DNA from: Octopus vulgaris
Lineage: Eukaryota
Length of the DNA: 64,000 bases
Assembly (NCBI GenBank): GCA_951406725.2
Contig: OX597824.1
Span: forward strand, 5,518,001 to 5,582,000
Direction of reading: 5' to 3'
Part shown: in pieces, positions 1 through 13,373 of the stretch
Layout of the letters: each line of letters opens with the position of its first letter
How positions within the stretch are numbered: the stretch's first letter is position 1
The notes under the pieces: generated by a model
Told to the model about the DNA's origin: nothing
Seen by the model: only the letters and a program-made list of their open reading frames with translations
Databases searched by the model: none
Position numbers and translations under genes: made by a program

Positions 1-31
1 TAGAAATAATGATAATAATAATAATAATAAC

Positions 32-66
<35 letters not shown>

Positions 67-86
67 TAATAATGATGATGATGATG

Positions 87-120
<34 letters not shown>

Positions 121-268
121 CAACAATATCGAAAAACACCTTGGGAATAAGAACCCAGGTTCGAAAATTCCCCAAGACACCTGATGAAGGCTGGTGGGTA
201 TATCAGCCGAAACGTTGCGTTGACAACAAACAAGATGAGGACAAATATCAGTCAAATGTAAGTAATGG
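1..268 (+). mobile_element. HHR-bearing SINE-like element: (AAT)n linker plus body (head presumably upstream of window)
   Basis: (AAT)n 1-126, then a body matching 59935-60070 (+) and 59635-59775 (-). Confidence 0.8.
176..221 (+). ncRNA. Minimal type I hammerhead ribozyme motif (PLE-like)
   Basis: GACAC-CTGATGA-A-GGCTGGTG ggta TATCAGCC-GAAA-CGTT-GCGTT: intact core, 8-bp stem II, palindromic ACGT in place of stem III, stem I with one mismatch. Confidence 0.7.
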
Positions 269-274
269 AAGTAG

Positions 275-364
275 AAAGATATATTTTTCAACTCGTAAAT
301 ACTGATAGAAGAGCTTATATCTATGCTGATCCATCAGTATTTACGCGTTGAAAAATATATCTTT
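275..364. repeat. Inverted repeat, 32-bp arms
   Basis: 275-306 is the reverse complement of 333-364 with 1 mismatch. Confidence 0.85.
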
Positions 365-491
365 ACTTGTTCATTATTTGAAACCAAATTTATAAATGTA
401 CTCGCATCGATTCTTTGGGCAAAAGACTCCGTAATGACTGAGCGCTTGTACGGCCGCAGTCTAATGACTAAAACACGTATAAATACTTTAT

Positions 492-637
492 ATCTGGAGC
501 TGAGAGCAACTTGTACAAACATCTGGAGCTGAAATCAACTTGCACAGACATGTGGAGCTGAGAGCAGCTTAGACAGAAATCTGGAGCTGAGTGTAACTTA
601 CACAGAATTCTGGAGCTTAGAGCAACTTGCACGAAAG
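492..637 (+). repeat. ~29-bp minisatellite, 5 diverged copies
   Basis: Unit ~TCTGGAGCTGAGAGCAACTTGCACAGAMA. Confidence 0.85.
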
Positions 638-1305
638 GATGAGGGTTCGAAATCGCAAAATATAAATCTTGTAAACAACAACTCACCCCCCACCCAAATT
701 GAGACTTTTAATTAATGTAAGGTCTAACCTGCAAGCATTCGCTACAACCATATAAAGGTAATATAGGACACGGTACGCACACATGTGCATATTTACATAC
801 AAATACACACATACATATTGAGAAAAGAGAATATTGACATTAGATTAAAAATGTACAGGGGTTTATTTGTTCAACTTAGAATATAAAGCACTGCTCCAGC
901 ATGACCGCTAAATATGAGTGGAAGATGTAAAAGTGCAAAAGAGTAAGTGAAATGGGCTACGACACAGTCAAGTCCAAACGTACATTGATACAGCCGAGGA
1001 GTTTGTTTAGATTTACCAATTCTGTTTTCTCAATAATCTCATGAGAAATTAAAACCACGTAAATTACGACATTACGCGACTAAAACTTTTATACAAGTAG
1101 ACGAAACCTCTTTAAAACGTGTCGCTTTAATGGTCGTATATCGTATAATGAACAGTATAACCACTTATATTTTAAAAGATTTAAAACTAATAAAAACAGT
1201 TTTGATCAGCTAATAATTCGTCTGATATTGAAGTGGAATTACAGGAGGCTTAATGTCTTCTAAATCAGAAAGTCATTTGACTGTCTCATAAAAGTCTTCA
1301 GAAAG

Positions 1306-1396
<91 letters not shown>

Positions 1397-1879
1397 ATGT
1401 ATATATATATATATATAAACGAATAAGGAATAAAAGGATATATATATTCACATAGACACATATGTATATATTAATTATTAATGCCTTTCTTATATTACAA
1501 AATAAATTTAGAAAATATATTGTAGTTGATCATAAATTTGTGAATCTATATAACCTGTATGTATGTATGTATGTATGTATGTATGTATGGGTTTATACAC
1601 ACATTTGCATATTTGTATATGCGTATGTGTATATATAAGTATATATCGTAGAATATTTTTGTGTAATGTAAAATAAACTTGAATATGTTTAACATACATA
1701 CATTATAATTGCTCCACCGATTTTTGTTCCTTACACCTCAATTAGTTTCCTCTTCTCTCTGTTTCTCCTGTCTCTCTGTTTCTCCTCTCTCCCCTCTTTC
1801 TCCCTCTCTCCGCCCTCTCTCTCTATCTATCCATCTAGCTAGCTATGTGTCTCTCTGCCTACCTACCTACATACCCATC

Positions 1880-1922
<43 letters not shown>

Positions 1923-2169
1923 GTATATATCAAAAAGAGTGAAACTGAAATTAACACACCTCTACAGATTTGAGAATTTACATTACACACAAACATACTC
2001 ACACACACACACATATACATACATAAGTACGCATGTATGTGTGCATCATATACGTATGTATTTATATACTCATATACACAAATATATATATATATATATA
2101 TTTGTGTATATAAATTTATATATATATATATATATATTTGATCGATTTCGATTCTGAGGCAAGTCAGGA

Positions 2170-2605
2170 TCAGAATCGAAATCGATCAATGGAAATTGCA
2201 GCTGAGTTACCAGTGCCGGTGGCACGTAAGAGAACCATCGACTGGCCTCGTGCTGGTGGCACGTAAAAAGCACCATCCGCTCGTGTCCGTTGCCAGCCTC
2301 GCCTGGCCCCGTGCCGGTGGCACGTAAAAGCACCATCCGTTCGTGTCCGTTGCCAGCCTCGCCTGGCCCCCGTGCCGGTGGCACGTAAAAGCACCATCCG
2401 TTCGTGGCCGTTTGCCAGCTCCGTCTGGCACCTGTGCGGGTGGCACGTAAAAAGCACCCTCTACACTCACGGAGTGGTTGGCGTTATAGAAGGGCATCCA
2501 GCCGTAGAAACACTGCCAGATCAGACTGGGCCTGATGCAGCCTTCTGGCTTCCCGGACCCCAGTTGAACCGTCCAACCCATGCTAGCATGGAAAGCGGAC
2601 GCTAA

Positions 2606-2635
<30 letters not shown>
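2170..2635 (+). mobile_element. SINE/non-autonomous retroposon with internal ~60-bp tandem subunits and (GAT)n tail
   Basis: Five GTGCCGGTGGCACGTAAAAGCACC-like units at 2213-2460, an RTE-like GGTTGGCGTT..GAAGGGCATCCAGCCGTA motif, and (TGA)n tail. Confidence 0.7.
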
Positions 2636-2636
<1 letters not shown>

Positions 2637-2989
2637 CATAGACACGGACACTCTTTGAGAGGATAACACTGACACGTGGATATGAAGATTTATAAACATA
2701 TATATATATATATGTATGTGTAACGATAATTAAGTTTATAAACACGTGTCTATGTGTGTATATTATATATAAACATCTCACACATGCACACACACACACA
2801 GGTATGTATACACATACAGCTATATGCATCATCATTGTCATCACCATCATTATCCTTATACACTCCTTATATATATATATAGGTAGGTAAGTGTGCATGT
2901 GTACGACTGCATGCATGCCAGTGCGTGCGTGTGTTTGCATAACGTACATATATGCATATAGATATATATGTATGTATATTAATATGTGA

Positions 2990-3270
2990 CATCGATGGCC
3001 CTCACGATCCCCAGATTTATCCCCACCTGATTTTCTTCTCAGGTGCACTAAAAGATGCTCTCCATAGAGTCAAACCGAAACCAGGTCCTGAATTGATAAA
3101 TTTCCTGAAATTAACGTAGAAGTGAGTGAAATAGTTTGTAGAAGTGTTGCTGGTAGATTTCAGCTCGGTTCTGGACACGAAGGGAAGCGTTTGGAATATG
3201 TTAAGTACTTTGTTGATCGTAACAGATCATGTTTTGGACAATACTAATAAATTTATTTTAACTACTGTAA
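2990..3270 (+). pseudogene. Tc1/mariner-superfamily transposase C-terminal relic
   Basis: Manual translation RWPSRSPDLSPPDF / GALKD with a frameshift; matches the WP..SPDL.P.D..LWG.LK motif. Confidence 0.65.
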
Positions 3271-3339
3271 ATTTCGTTTAATGAAAGTTAATAAACGAAA
3301 ATGGCCTTAATTTTACACCATATTCTATATGCATGCATG

Positions 3340-3696
3340 CATGCATGTATGTATGTATGTATGTATGTATGTATGTATGTATGTATGTATGTATGTATGT
3401 ATGTATGTATGTATGTATGTATATGTGTATATGTATGTATGTATGTATGTGTGTATGTATGTATGTATGTGTGTATGTATGTATGTGTGTGTGTATGTAT
3501 GTATGTATGTATGTATGTATGTATGTGTGTATGTATGTATGTATGTATGTATGTATGTGTGTATGTATGTATGGTATGTGTGTGTGTATGTATGTATGTA
3601 TGTATGTATGTATGTATGTATGTATGTATGTGTGTATGTATGTATGTATGTATGTATGTGTGTGTATGCACGTATATATATATATGTGTGTGTGTG
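3340..3696. repeat. (ATGT)n microsatellite
   Basis: Direct inspection. Confidence 0.95.
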
Positions 3697-3706
3697 CTTG
3701 AGTGGC

Positions 3707-3824
3707 GAGTGGTTGTGTGGTAAGTAGCTTGCTTCCCAAATATATGGTCCCACTGCGTGGTACCTTAGGCAACTGTCTTCTACTATACACTCAGGCCGAC
3801 CAAAGCCTTGTGAGTGGATTTTGT
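3707..3824 (+). mobile_element. SINE family A, 5' part
   Basis: GTGTGGTAAGTAGCTTGCTT...CCCACTGCGTGG..CCTT.GGCAA.TGTCTTCTACTATA matches the full copy at 13878-14403. Confidence 0.8.
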
Positions 3825-3877
<53 letters not shown>

Positions 3878-4118
3878 CAAAGGACATACTAGGTTTGTCT
3901 ACCTGCTTGAAATAACAATCAAAACTCTTATTAAATGGCCCAAAAAATACACCGATGAAATCAAACGAAGGCAAAATCAGGATTATCCAAAATTCTGACT
4001 GGCACCTTTTGTCAAGACTTTTTCACCCTCCCGGGCGTCAAACTACTACACCTGTTTTTTGTTTACGCGGCCGTCTTCGTGTTTTGTTTTTCTGTCTTTT
4101 GTTTTTCAGCTATATATA

Positions 4119-4190
<72 letters not shown>

Positions 4191-4197
4191 CATACGT

Positions 4198-4241
<44 letters not shown>

Positions 4242-5454
4242 ATGTCTGTGTGTGTGAGTATGAATTCACACCCACCAACATTTTTTCGTTGTTTGTCCTC
4301 TCTTTAAACTACTGTAATAGTTTTGCTCGCGGGTTTAATATTTCTTTGCACTTTTATCACCACATCACAATATTTAATGCGCGCACACGTATGCACATAC
4401 GTACGCATGCACGCACACACACAGACACGTATGTGTGTGTATGTGTGCATGTATGTGCGAGGGCATGCATGCCAGCGCAGGAGTGTGTTAGCATAATGAA
4501 CATAGATGCATATATTCACACATTATACAAACGAATAATTAGGCACATTAAAAGATAGATAGACAGACAGATAGACAGCAGACAGACACATAGATAGACA
4601 TAGAGATAGATAGATTGATATATATATATATAGATATAGATAAATAGATAGACAGACAGACAGTTAGATACATAGATTGATAGATTGATAGATAGACGGA
4701 GAGACAGACAGAAAGACAGTCAGATATAAATAGATAGATAGATAGATAGAAAGAAAGAAAGAAAGAAAGACATAGATAGATAGATAGATAGATAGATAGA
4801 AGGCTAGATATCCACATAATTATCATTCTGGCCGAATGCTCCAGGCCAGCATTTACTGAGTTACTGCAGTAGGAAATTAAACGTTGTTTATCTAGCTTGC
4901 AAGATACACTTTTATAACTAGTTATATATTTACACAATTTGATTGGGCAGAAGAGAGATCGCTCTTGGGAAACTGAAATTATATTCAATGTTTAGTAAGC
5001 TATAAAAAAGTTTTGAAGTGAACTGTATAATACCATTTCTCTCCCAGCAAATCTTTCATTTTCTCATAAAATTGTAAGTCTATTTTTATTAGTTTTATGC
5101 TTATTTCTAAAAAAAGAAGAAAAAAGAAATAAATGAATCAATATACATCTATTTTAAAACAAATATGATTTATCCGCTTTGGATTTGAAATATTATATTT
5201 ATTATTAATATAACAGTTTTTAAGAGCAGTGAAGAATTTTGCTGTCTCTTATTGTGTGTGAGAATGGTGGTTCTTGCTTATCTCATCTCCGTTTGAAAGA
5301 TATTTTATTGACAATATATCTTCGCTTTTTTAACTGAATCATTTTTCTTTCTTTCGTTGATATTTTCTGAGGAGCAATACGTAGGGTTGTAGCTGTTTGC
5401 TTCTACGACAGAAGCAACAGAGCATTTAATTGTGCAAAAAAAAGTAACAACAAC

Positions 5455-5517
<63 letters not shown>

Positions 5518-6430
5518 CAACAGCAATACAAACCAAAAAGAAGTGAAAACTATAAACATATTCTAGGAAACTGGTTTTGGTCTCTGCCGGCAAATATTAT
5601 TCTGAAATTTTATGAGTTTCGATTAGTTTCGGAGAAGTGAAATCTGATGTTATGTTGAGTTTCAGAGATAAAAAACTTTTCAAGTTGAATAATTTAATTT
5701 CTTCCAAGGGAACAGAGAATCCCAGAACACAAGATACTCTTCTTTTCACTGCGTAGGAACTTCTAAAAAAAGTTCGTGTGTTCTACTGTATTTATTTGCA
5801 GTTTTCTCGACTTTGAGTTCGAATCGCTTTGCTTCAGTTTATCTATTTATCTCTACTATATCCATACAATGCAAAGACAGCATTTGAGCCAAAAAATAAG
5901 TTAGAATATATCTTAGAAACGGTAGCTGGAAGCACATTTAGTTTCATGATTTTCGTATTTTTCGTATATCTAAATAATTAATTACGCTACAGAATTACAA
6001 ATATTGTTTTGTGAAAAATATTCTGGCTGTGTGCCAAAATGTGAAATGGAGTGAGAAAGAACGCTGCCCTACCGTTTTTGGTATATCATGGTATACGTCC
6101 AATTAATCAATCTAATTGGATGGTGATTTCAACTTTGCAATCATATCACGTTTTAGAAAAAAAATGTATTCTCTTTATCTACAGATGTATTCTTCAGAAG
6201 TTGACTCTGTTGATTAGGTGCCTAGTGAAATCTTATCGAATGGAATTTAAATATTAGATTTAGAGCAGAAAGAATCCCTGAATACGCGCGAGTGCACGCA
6301 CACACACAAACACATACGATGGCTTATCACATGTTGACAAATGTGTTTCTTTCCAAACAATGAGAAAGTCACAACTAAAATTTGGAAGTTGGAACATTTG
6401 TTGTGTCTACTGTGACACATCTGTTTGGTT

Positions 6431-6479
<49 letters not shown>

Positions 6480-6484
<5 letters not shown>

Positions 6485-6632
6485 TCTTTTTCTGTGTATC
6501 TTTCTGTCGAAGAGCGTAGGCTCGAAATGTAAAAGACTTGTTTTATTTCTATTCCTGAGCGCCATACTAATACATTGTTTGTTTGTACTCCACCTGTCTT
6601 CGTCCTTTTGTTTATTTTCGTAAACCTTCCCG

Positions 6633-6635
<3 letters not shown>
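6480..6635 (+). mobile_element. PLE-like mini element in (TA)n with HHR-like motif at 6499-6536
   Basis: TCTTT-CTGTCGA-A-GAGC gtag GCTC-GAAA-TGTA-AAAGA; tail resembles 45060-45140 and 4020-4110. Confidence 0.6.
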
Positions 6636-6665
<30 letters not shown>

Positions 6666-6668
<3 letters not shown>

Positions 6669-6880
6669 TAGGCAGTGTGGTAAGTAGCTTGCTTACCAAC
6701 CACATGGCACCGGGTTCAGTCCCACTGCGTGGGATCTTGGTCAAGTGTCTTCTACTACAGACTTGGAATCTGAAAAGAAGCCCGTTATATGTGTGTGCGT
6801 TTGTGTGTGTATGTGTGTGTGTGCTTGTGCGACTAAGGGCGGTGCTCCAGCATGGCCGCAATGAAATGACTAGAACGAAA
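6666..6880 (+). mobile_element. SINE family A, internally deleted copy
   Basis: Head and 3' end GGCGGTGCTCCAGCATGGCCGCA both present. Confidence 0.8.
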
Positions 6881-7034
6881 ATATATATATAAAGTTTTAT
6901 TAGAAAGCGACAATTTTCAAGGTCAATAATAAAAATACACCTCATTACAGCTGACACAAAGTGTATATATGAACCATTATACATATACCATATAAAAACA
7001 TATGAGTGTAATTCCGTGCCCAAATCTATATCTG

Positions 7035-7105
<71 letters not shown>

Positions 7106-7136
7106 AACTGTGTATGTGCGCGCGCGCCTGTGTGTA

Positions 7137-7290
7137 AGCGCAGGATTGGCTTGCTTACCAACCACATGGTTCTGCGTTCAGTTCCCCTGCGTGGCACTCT
7201 AGGCAAGAGTTTTCTACTATAGCCTCAGGCCAACCAAAGCCTTGTGAGTGGATTTTGTAGACGGAAAGTGGAAGAAACCCGTCGTGTATA
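7137..7290 (+). mobile_element. SINE family A, 5' half
   Basis: Similarity to other family A copies. Confidence 0.8.
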
Positions 7291-7634
7291 TACATACAAA
7301 CACACATACGTATATATATATATATATATACATATACAAACAATTGCAGGATGGAAGATGTTTATAAGCTATTTAAGAGCACTCACGCAAAAACAAAAAC
7401 AGTTATATTCACTTCAGCATTGAAATTTAATTTGTGTCAACATATTTCCGTCGCTTTGAAACCGCGACCTGTTCACTGAAAAAACTTTGTGCTGCATCTC
7501 TTATATATATATATATATATATATTCATAAAGTCCATTTCTCACTCCTTAAACTCAATTAGGCTCTATGCGGTTAATCATGAATAATTTATTTCATGCTT
7601 AGTACTATAGGCAAGCATACACACACACGCACAC

Positions 7635-7701
<67 letters not shown>

Positions 7702-8139
7702 TACACACATACACAGAGTCAAGTAACATTTCTCTAATAATTGTATTGACTGTTTCTCCAAACTTTCTGCTGTGGTTGACCTCATTGGATTGGCATATCT
7801 GAATTAATACCATTATTAAATCCTATCTAAACCTAAACTTACAGTGAGTCTTCAATGTGCACAACTTTTGGGGCTGATGTATTTTCCTTCGATTATATCC
7901 TACATAATAATATAGCTCTAACCCCCACTTATATCTTCTACAATAAACTCCATTTTAGTATATAATATGTGTGTTTATGTAACGAATAGACTGCTTCAGA
8001 CTGTTATCAGCGCTTAATCAATGCAGGTTTCTGAACTCACTAAATAAACTTATGCTAACCATGTTTGGCATGTTTCGTTTCTATAACTTGTAACTGATTC
8101 ATATATACGTGTAATATTCAAGATCGATGTGTTTAATAA

Positions 8140-8322
8140 TGATTCCAAATTTTGGCGCAAGGCCAGAAAATTCCAGGGAGAGGATAAGTCGATTACATCG
8201 ACCCCAGAGCTCAACTGATCTTTATTTTAGAGTTCCCGAACGGATGAAAGGCAAAGGTGAATTTTCGATTTGTACTCAGAACGTACAGACGGACGAATCA
8301 TTGCAAAGCATTTTGTCCGGCG
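8140..8322 (-). mobile_element. SINE family B, diverged copy
   Basis: AAGTCGATTACATCGACCCCAG and GATGAAAGGCAAAG motifs shared with 11552-11782. Confidence 0.7.
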
Positions 8323-8844
8323 TGTATTTAATTGGAGTTTATATATCCGGCCTAATTTTTACATTGCTATTCATTATTGTAACACAAATAAACAACTCTT
8401 AGTTCAACCGTTTCATACGAATACAAGAAAAAATAACAAGAAAACGAAAGAAAAATCCATTTATGAAAGTAGTTGAATCACTTTAGCATTCTCTTAGTTA
8501 TTTATTCCTTTTTTAAAACAATACAGCGATTATTTGTATACTTGAGGCATCCTAAATTTTACAGAACTCTCTGCAGAGAATCTGAGGAAATACAACACTT
8601 TTTCTTAAGAATTCAGTGTAGCATACATCGCAAACTTCCGTCTTCTTTACCATTGTATCTCGCTTATTTCCCGGTGGACAGCATATGATGTGTCCTTCCT
8701 CATACAGGAATGATTCAAGTGAGATTTGGTTGAAATTTCTAACTTGTTGAGCGAACTGGTCCACTAGAGGCTTTCTTTTTTTTATTTCGTTGTAAATTAA
8801 CTGTGTCGGGAGCTTCGGAAATGAAAACTACACAAATAATTCTT

Positions 8845-9288
8845 TCTAATTTTGGCGTGAGGTCAGCGGTTTTGAAGGGAGGAACACGTCGATGACAGGG
8901 AAAGTCGACTTTGGCAGATTTTGAACTCAAAACGTAATGAGCAGAAAGAAATGCCGCTAAAATTTCAGTCTGAAGCACCAACGATTCAGCGAGTCCACCG
9001 CCGCGCAGCCTACACATAATCGTGGCATTTCGTCGGTTACGACGACGAGGGTTCCAGTTGATGCGATCAGCGGAACAGCCTGCTCATGAAATTAACGTGC
9101 AAGTGGCTGAGCAATCCACAGATACGTGTACTCTTAACACAGCTCAACTTGTACTTATTTTATCGACCCCGAAATGATGAAAGGCAATATCGACCCCGAG
9201 GGAATTTTCACAGAAGACATAAGGGCGGAAAAAATGCCGCTAAGCCTTTTGCTTGGCGTGCCACCGATTATGCCACCTCGCCGCCTTA
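8845..9288 (-). mobile_element. Cluster of SINE B fragments around a SINE C 3' fragment (9022-9137)
   Basis: Similarity to 11552-11782 and 50715-50840. Confidence 0.7.
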
Positions 9289-9833
9289 ACACGACTTGCA
9301 AGAAACCCCTGCTTCAGTCTCTGAAAATATCTCTCCCAATTCATAATAACTAAATTGCGTTTTTGAAACCTAAATATCATTTGTTGCGGTTTGATTAAAA
9401 GAGAAATCGCAGTAAATATGCAATTATCTATGAAAAAGGTTTACATATTTGTAAAAGGACGTCAAATTATTAGGAGGAGAGAAAATCAAATATTTACTGT
9501 GGTCTAATGAATAATAAATGCATATAAAGTAGCGTTTACATCCCGGTGGAAGCGAAAGTATTTGAATAGTTGCCGACAATCGTGCTTACACAATCAGACA
9601 CTGATCCAAGTCCACGCATATAAATTTGCGGTTACACAGCCACATTCATATAGAACAAAGCAAATAAACATAGAAAGACAGGCATCCTGTGTATATGTTT
9701 GTGTGTGTGTGTATTCGTATGCGAATGTGTGTATATATATATAAACATGCTTGTGCATATACATATATATATATATATAAATATAAATATAAATGTGTAT
9801 ATACATTTATGTATACATACATGCATATCTATC

Positions 9834-9892
<59 letters not shown>

Positions 9893-10098
9893 GATATATG
9901 TATGTATCTATGTATACATATATATATAAGTATATATAATTTATAAACATATATGTGTGCCTATGAATGTGTGTATGAATCTGTGTTAAATACTCGCCAC
10001 CACGCATAACAATGTATACGAACACGTATTTACGGACATACTCTTTCCGACGCTTTTTTTCTAATGAGTATAGGTTATCGAATGATAAGAAGCTTGCT

Positions 10099-10688
10099 TT
10101 AGTTAGTTAGTTAATTTTTGGGCTCAAAAAGCCAAAAGCAAGGCCACGTAGGGGGACATGGAGTTATGTACAGGGTGGTGTTCATGTAAAGAGTTCAGGC
10201 CACTTGTGGTCAAGGGAGACTTTGAACCGAGCGGTCGTCGGCATCTTCACTATCTCGTCTGGCAGCTTATTCCACGGATCCGTAACCCGGACGGAGAAAG
10301 CCCCTCTCCTTCGATTGAGATGAAATCGTCGCAGATAGAGCTTTTCGGAATGACCCCGCAGCCGACGCTCTGGAGCAGGGGTGAAGAACAGCTCTTTCGG
10401 GAGGTTACACTTTCCGCTTATGATGTTGTGAGCAAGAATGAGATCACCACGGCTTCGTCGTTTTTCTAGAGAATAGAGGTCGAGCGTCTTCAGCCTTTCT
10501 TCATAAGACAAATTCTTGAGACCAAGAACCATGCGGGTAGCCAGCTTCTGGATTCTTTTGAGATGGTGTATGTCTTTGAGTAGATAAGTAGAAGAGGCTT
10601 GAATCCCGTACTCCAATATGGGTCTCACCAGCGTGACATAGAGCGGTAGGGATATGGCTGCTGTGAGCATTCCGAATGACCGTCGAAT
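10099..10688 (-). mobile_element. 5'-truncated CR1-type LINE 3' end with open ORF2 C-terminus, inserted in a family A SINE
   Basis: LYVTLVRPILEYG..RIQKLATRMV.GL..LSYEERL..LDLYSLEKRRSRGDLI..RLRGH..KL..FSVRV..WNKLP; stop at 10182; (CTAA)n tail; flanks rejoin as AAGCTTGCTT|CAACCACATGG. Confidence 0.92.
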
Positions 10689-10780
10689 CAACCACATGGT
10701 TCCGGGTTTAGTCCTACTGCGTACTACCTTTTTCAAGGGTCTTCTGCTAAGTATATAGACATAAATACATAGATGTATAT

Positions 10781-10827
<47 letters not shown>

Positions 10828-10847
10828 TATATACACAGACACACACA

Positions 10848-10890
<43 letters not shown>

Positions 10891-11220
10891 ATATATAAAT
10901 ATATATATATAAACATATATAAATATATATAAACATATATATTTATATATATTCGATGGGCTTCTTTCAGTTTCCGTCTAGCAAGTCCACTCACAAGTAT
11001 TTGGTCAGCAACTAAAATGTTAGACTTGTCATACACTGTCACGCTGTTTGTACCAGAAGATTCTGTTAAGATTAGACGTATCTATGGAATATACAACCAC
11101 TTACACGTTCATTCAGGAGCAGGTTACTCATATTACCTAACGACTGAATCTTCATCGCTGTGCGACGGAGATCCATCGTCACATAATCTGTTGGTTGCTT
11201 TAAACCTCCCCTATAAATAA

Positions 11221-11862
11221 AGCGGTGAACTAGCATAAACCTTAGCACGCCGGGCGAAATGCTTAGCGGTATTTCATCTGTCTTTACGTTCTGAGTTCAA
11301 ATTCCGCCGAGGTCGATTTTGACTTTCATCCTTTCGGGGTCGATAAATTAAGTACCAGTTACGCACTGGGATCAATGTAATCGACTTAATCCGTTTGTCT
11401 GTCCTTGTATGTCCTCTCTGTGTTTCGCTCCTTCTGGGTAGTAAAGAAATAGGTATTTCGTCTGTCTTTACGTTCTGTGTTCAAATTCCACCGAGGTCGA
11501 CTTTGTCTTTCATCCTTTCGGAGTATATAAATTAAGCACCAGTTGCGTACTTACTTCTTTACTAGCCACAAGGGGCTAAACACAGAGTGGACAAACAAGG
11601 ACAGATAAACGGATTAAGTCGATTACATCGACCCCAGTGCATAACTGGTACTTAATTTATCGACCCCGAAAGGATGAAAGGCAAAGTCGACCTCGGCGGA
11701 ATTTGAACTCAGGACGTAGCGGCAGACGAAGTATCGCGAAGCATTTCGCCCGGCGTGCTAACGATACTGCCAGCTCGCCGCCTTGCGTACTGGGGTTGAT
11801 CTAATCGACTGGCCACCTCCCCCAAAATTTAGGGCTTTATGCCTTGAGTAGAAAAGAATATT
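11221..11862 (+). mobile_element. SINE family B dimer (tRNA head, Deu/Nin-like core), interrupted by an antisense copy
   Basis: B box GAGTTCAAATTCC; core CTTTCATCCTTTCGGGGTCGATAAATTAAGTACCAG present twice. The Deu/Nin assignment is from memory. Confidence 0.8.
11552..11782 (-). mobile_element. SINE family B full copy with 9-bp TSD
   Basis: TTGCGTACT at 11543-11551 and 11783-11791. Confidence 0.88.
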
Positions 11863-12614
11863 TTACTTGGTTCTTAGTTGCGTTTAGCAGTGTTCAGACA
11901 GACCACGCCTCGAGTATGATGAGAAATTCTTTTCCTCCTCCAACTACAATCCAAGACTCTGACAAGAGTTACCACGCTACTATTCCTCCGCTGGTTTGCC
12001 CATTAAGGAAGTAAAATAGATATCGAGTTTTTTTATCCAATCAAAACCAAACAAACAAAAGGAAACTAATACATTTGATATCGAAAAATAGTGGATATTA
12101 AAATGGGAACAGCACTTTACCAAATAAATGCCTTGAATCACATAGCTTCGTTCAACGTCATTCTGCGTAAAAATTCCACGGGAGCTTCACTTTGTTGTTC
12201 CTCTATTGGGAACCGATGAAATATACATTACTGATATACTAGTGTCGATTCAAGCGACTATATTATCCCCACTTGTTTCTTGTCGAAAGGAAATACAATA
12301 CTTTTGACATAGCAATAAAAATGTCATGCGGTTTTATAAAAGAAAAAAAATCAGATCAGTTACGTATTCGCGGTTAATGGCGAAAACAATAGCAATGAAG
12401 TAACATTCAATATTGAAATGACAGCACTAAATGATTAATAGGAATAATGGAAACTCGATCTTGCTATTGTTATCGCAAACAATGACATGAAGCAGCGAAA
12501 CAAACAGATATATGCATCTATATTCACATACATTTATACTTACATACATGGATACATGTAGGTATGTATACAGTTATACGTATATATGCACAAACACACA
12601 CGAACATACAAATA

Positions 12615-12944
<330 letters not shown>

Positions 12945-13373
12945 GTGTGCCTGTGATTGTGTGGGTATGTGTGGATTGCTGAACGCTTGTACACGAAGAA
13001 AAAAAAATCGCATGATGCGGAGATTTTGTATATTTCTTTAAATCTTCTAAGTTTCACAAAGACAATTATTCATTCAGACGGAGAAACAGAAAATAAGTGT
13101 GACACTACAAGAGCAAAATTATGAGTCAATACACCCAAATATGATTAGTTATCTTGGCTTCATTGTCTTCTCCCGCAAAATAATTTATTAAAGCTGCTGA
13201 ACATCTTTTTAATTGTCATGCACAGAATACGTGACGTGTTCTTCTCTTCACACACAAACCACAATATTTTCAAGGAGTCTATGTATATAAAGCTACAAAA
13301 TACACTAAAGAAAGTAATGTGACAAATGTTAGTATAGTTAGGTTTTGTTGAATATAAATGATTTCATTTACAA

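Noticed and set aside
2213-2460. CRISPR-like repeat-spacer array
   Set aside because: The 'spacers' are similar to each other, there are no cas genes, and the context is a eukaryotic retroposon.
3278-3790. Long ORFs rich in YI/HT/CV (also 12586-13057, 21624-22171, 57933-59376 and others)
   Set aside because: Translations of (TA)n, (CA)n and (ATGT)n microsatellites.
10182-11042. 286-aa ORF as a host gene
   Set aside because: Chance fusion of SINE and microsatellite sequence with a CR1 ORF2 C-terminus.
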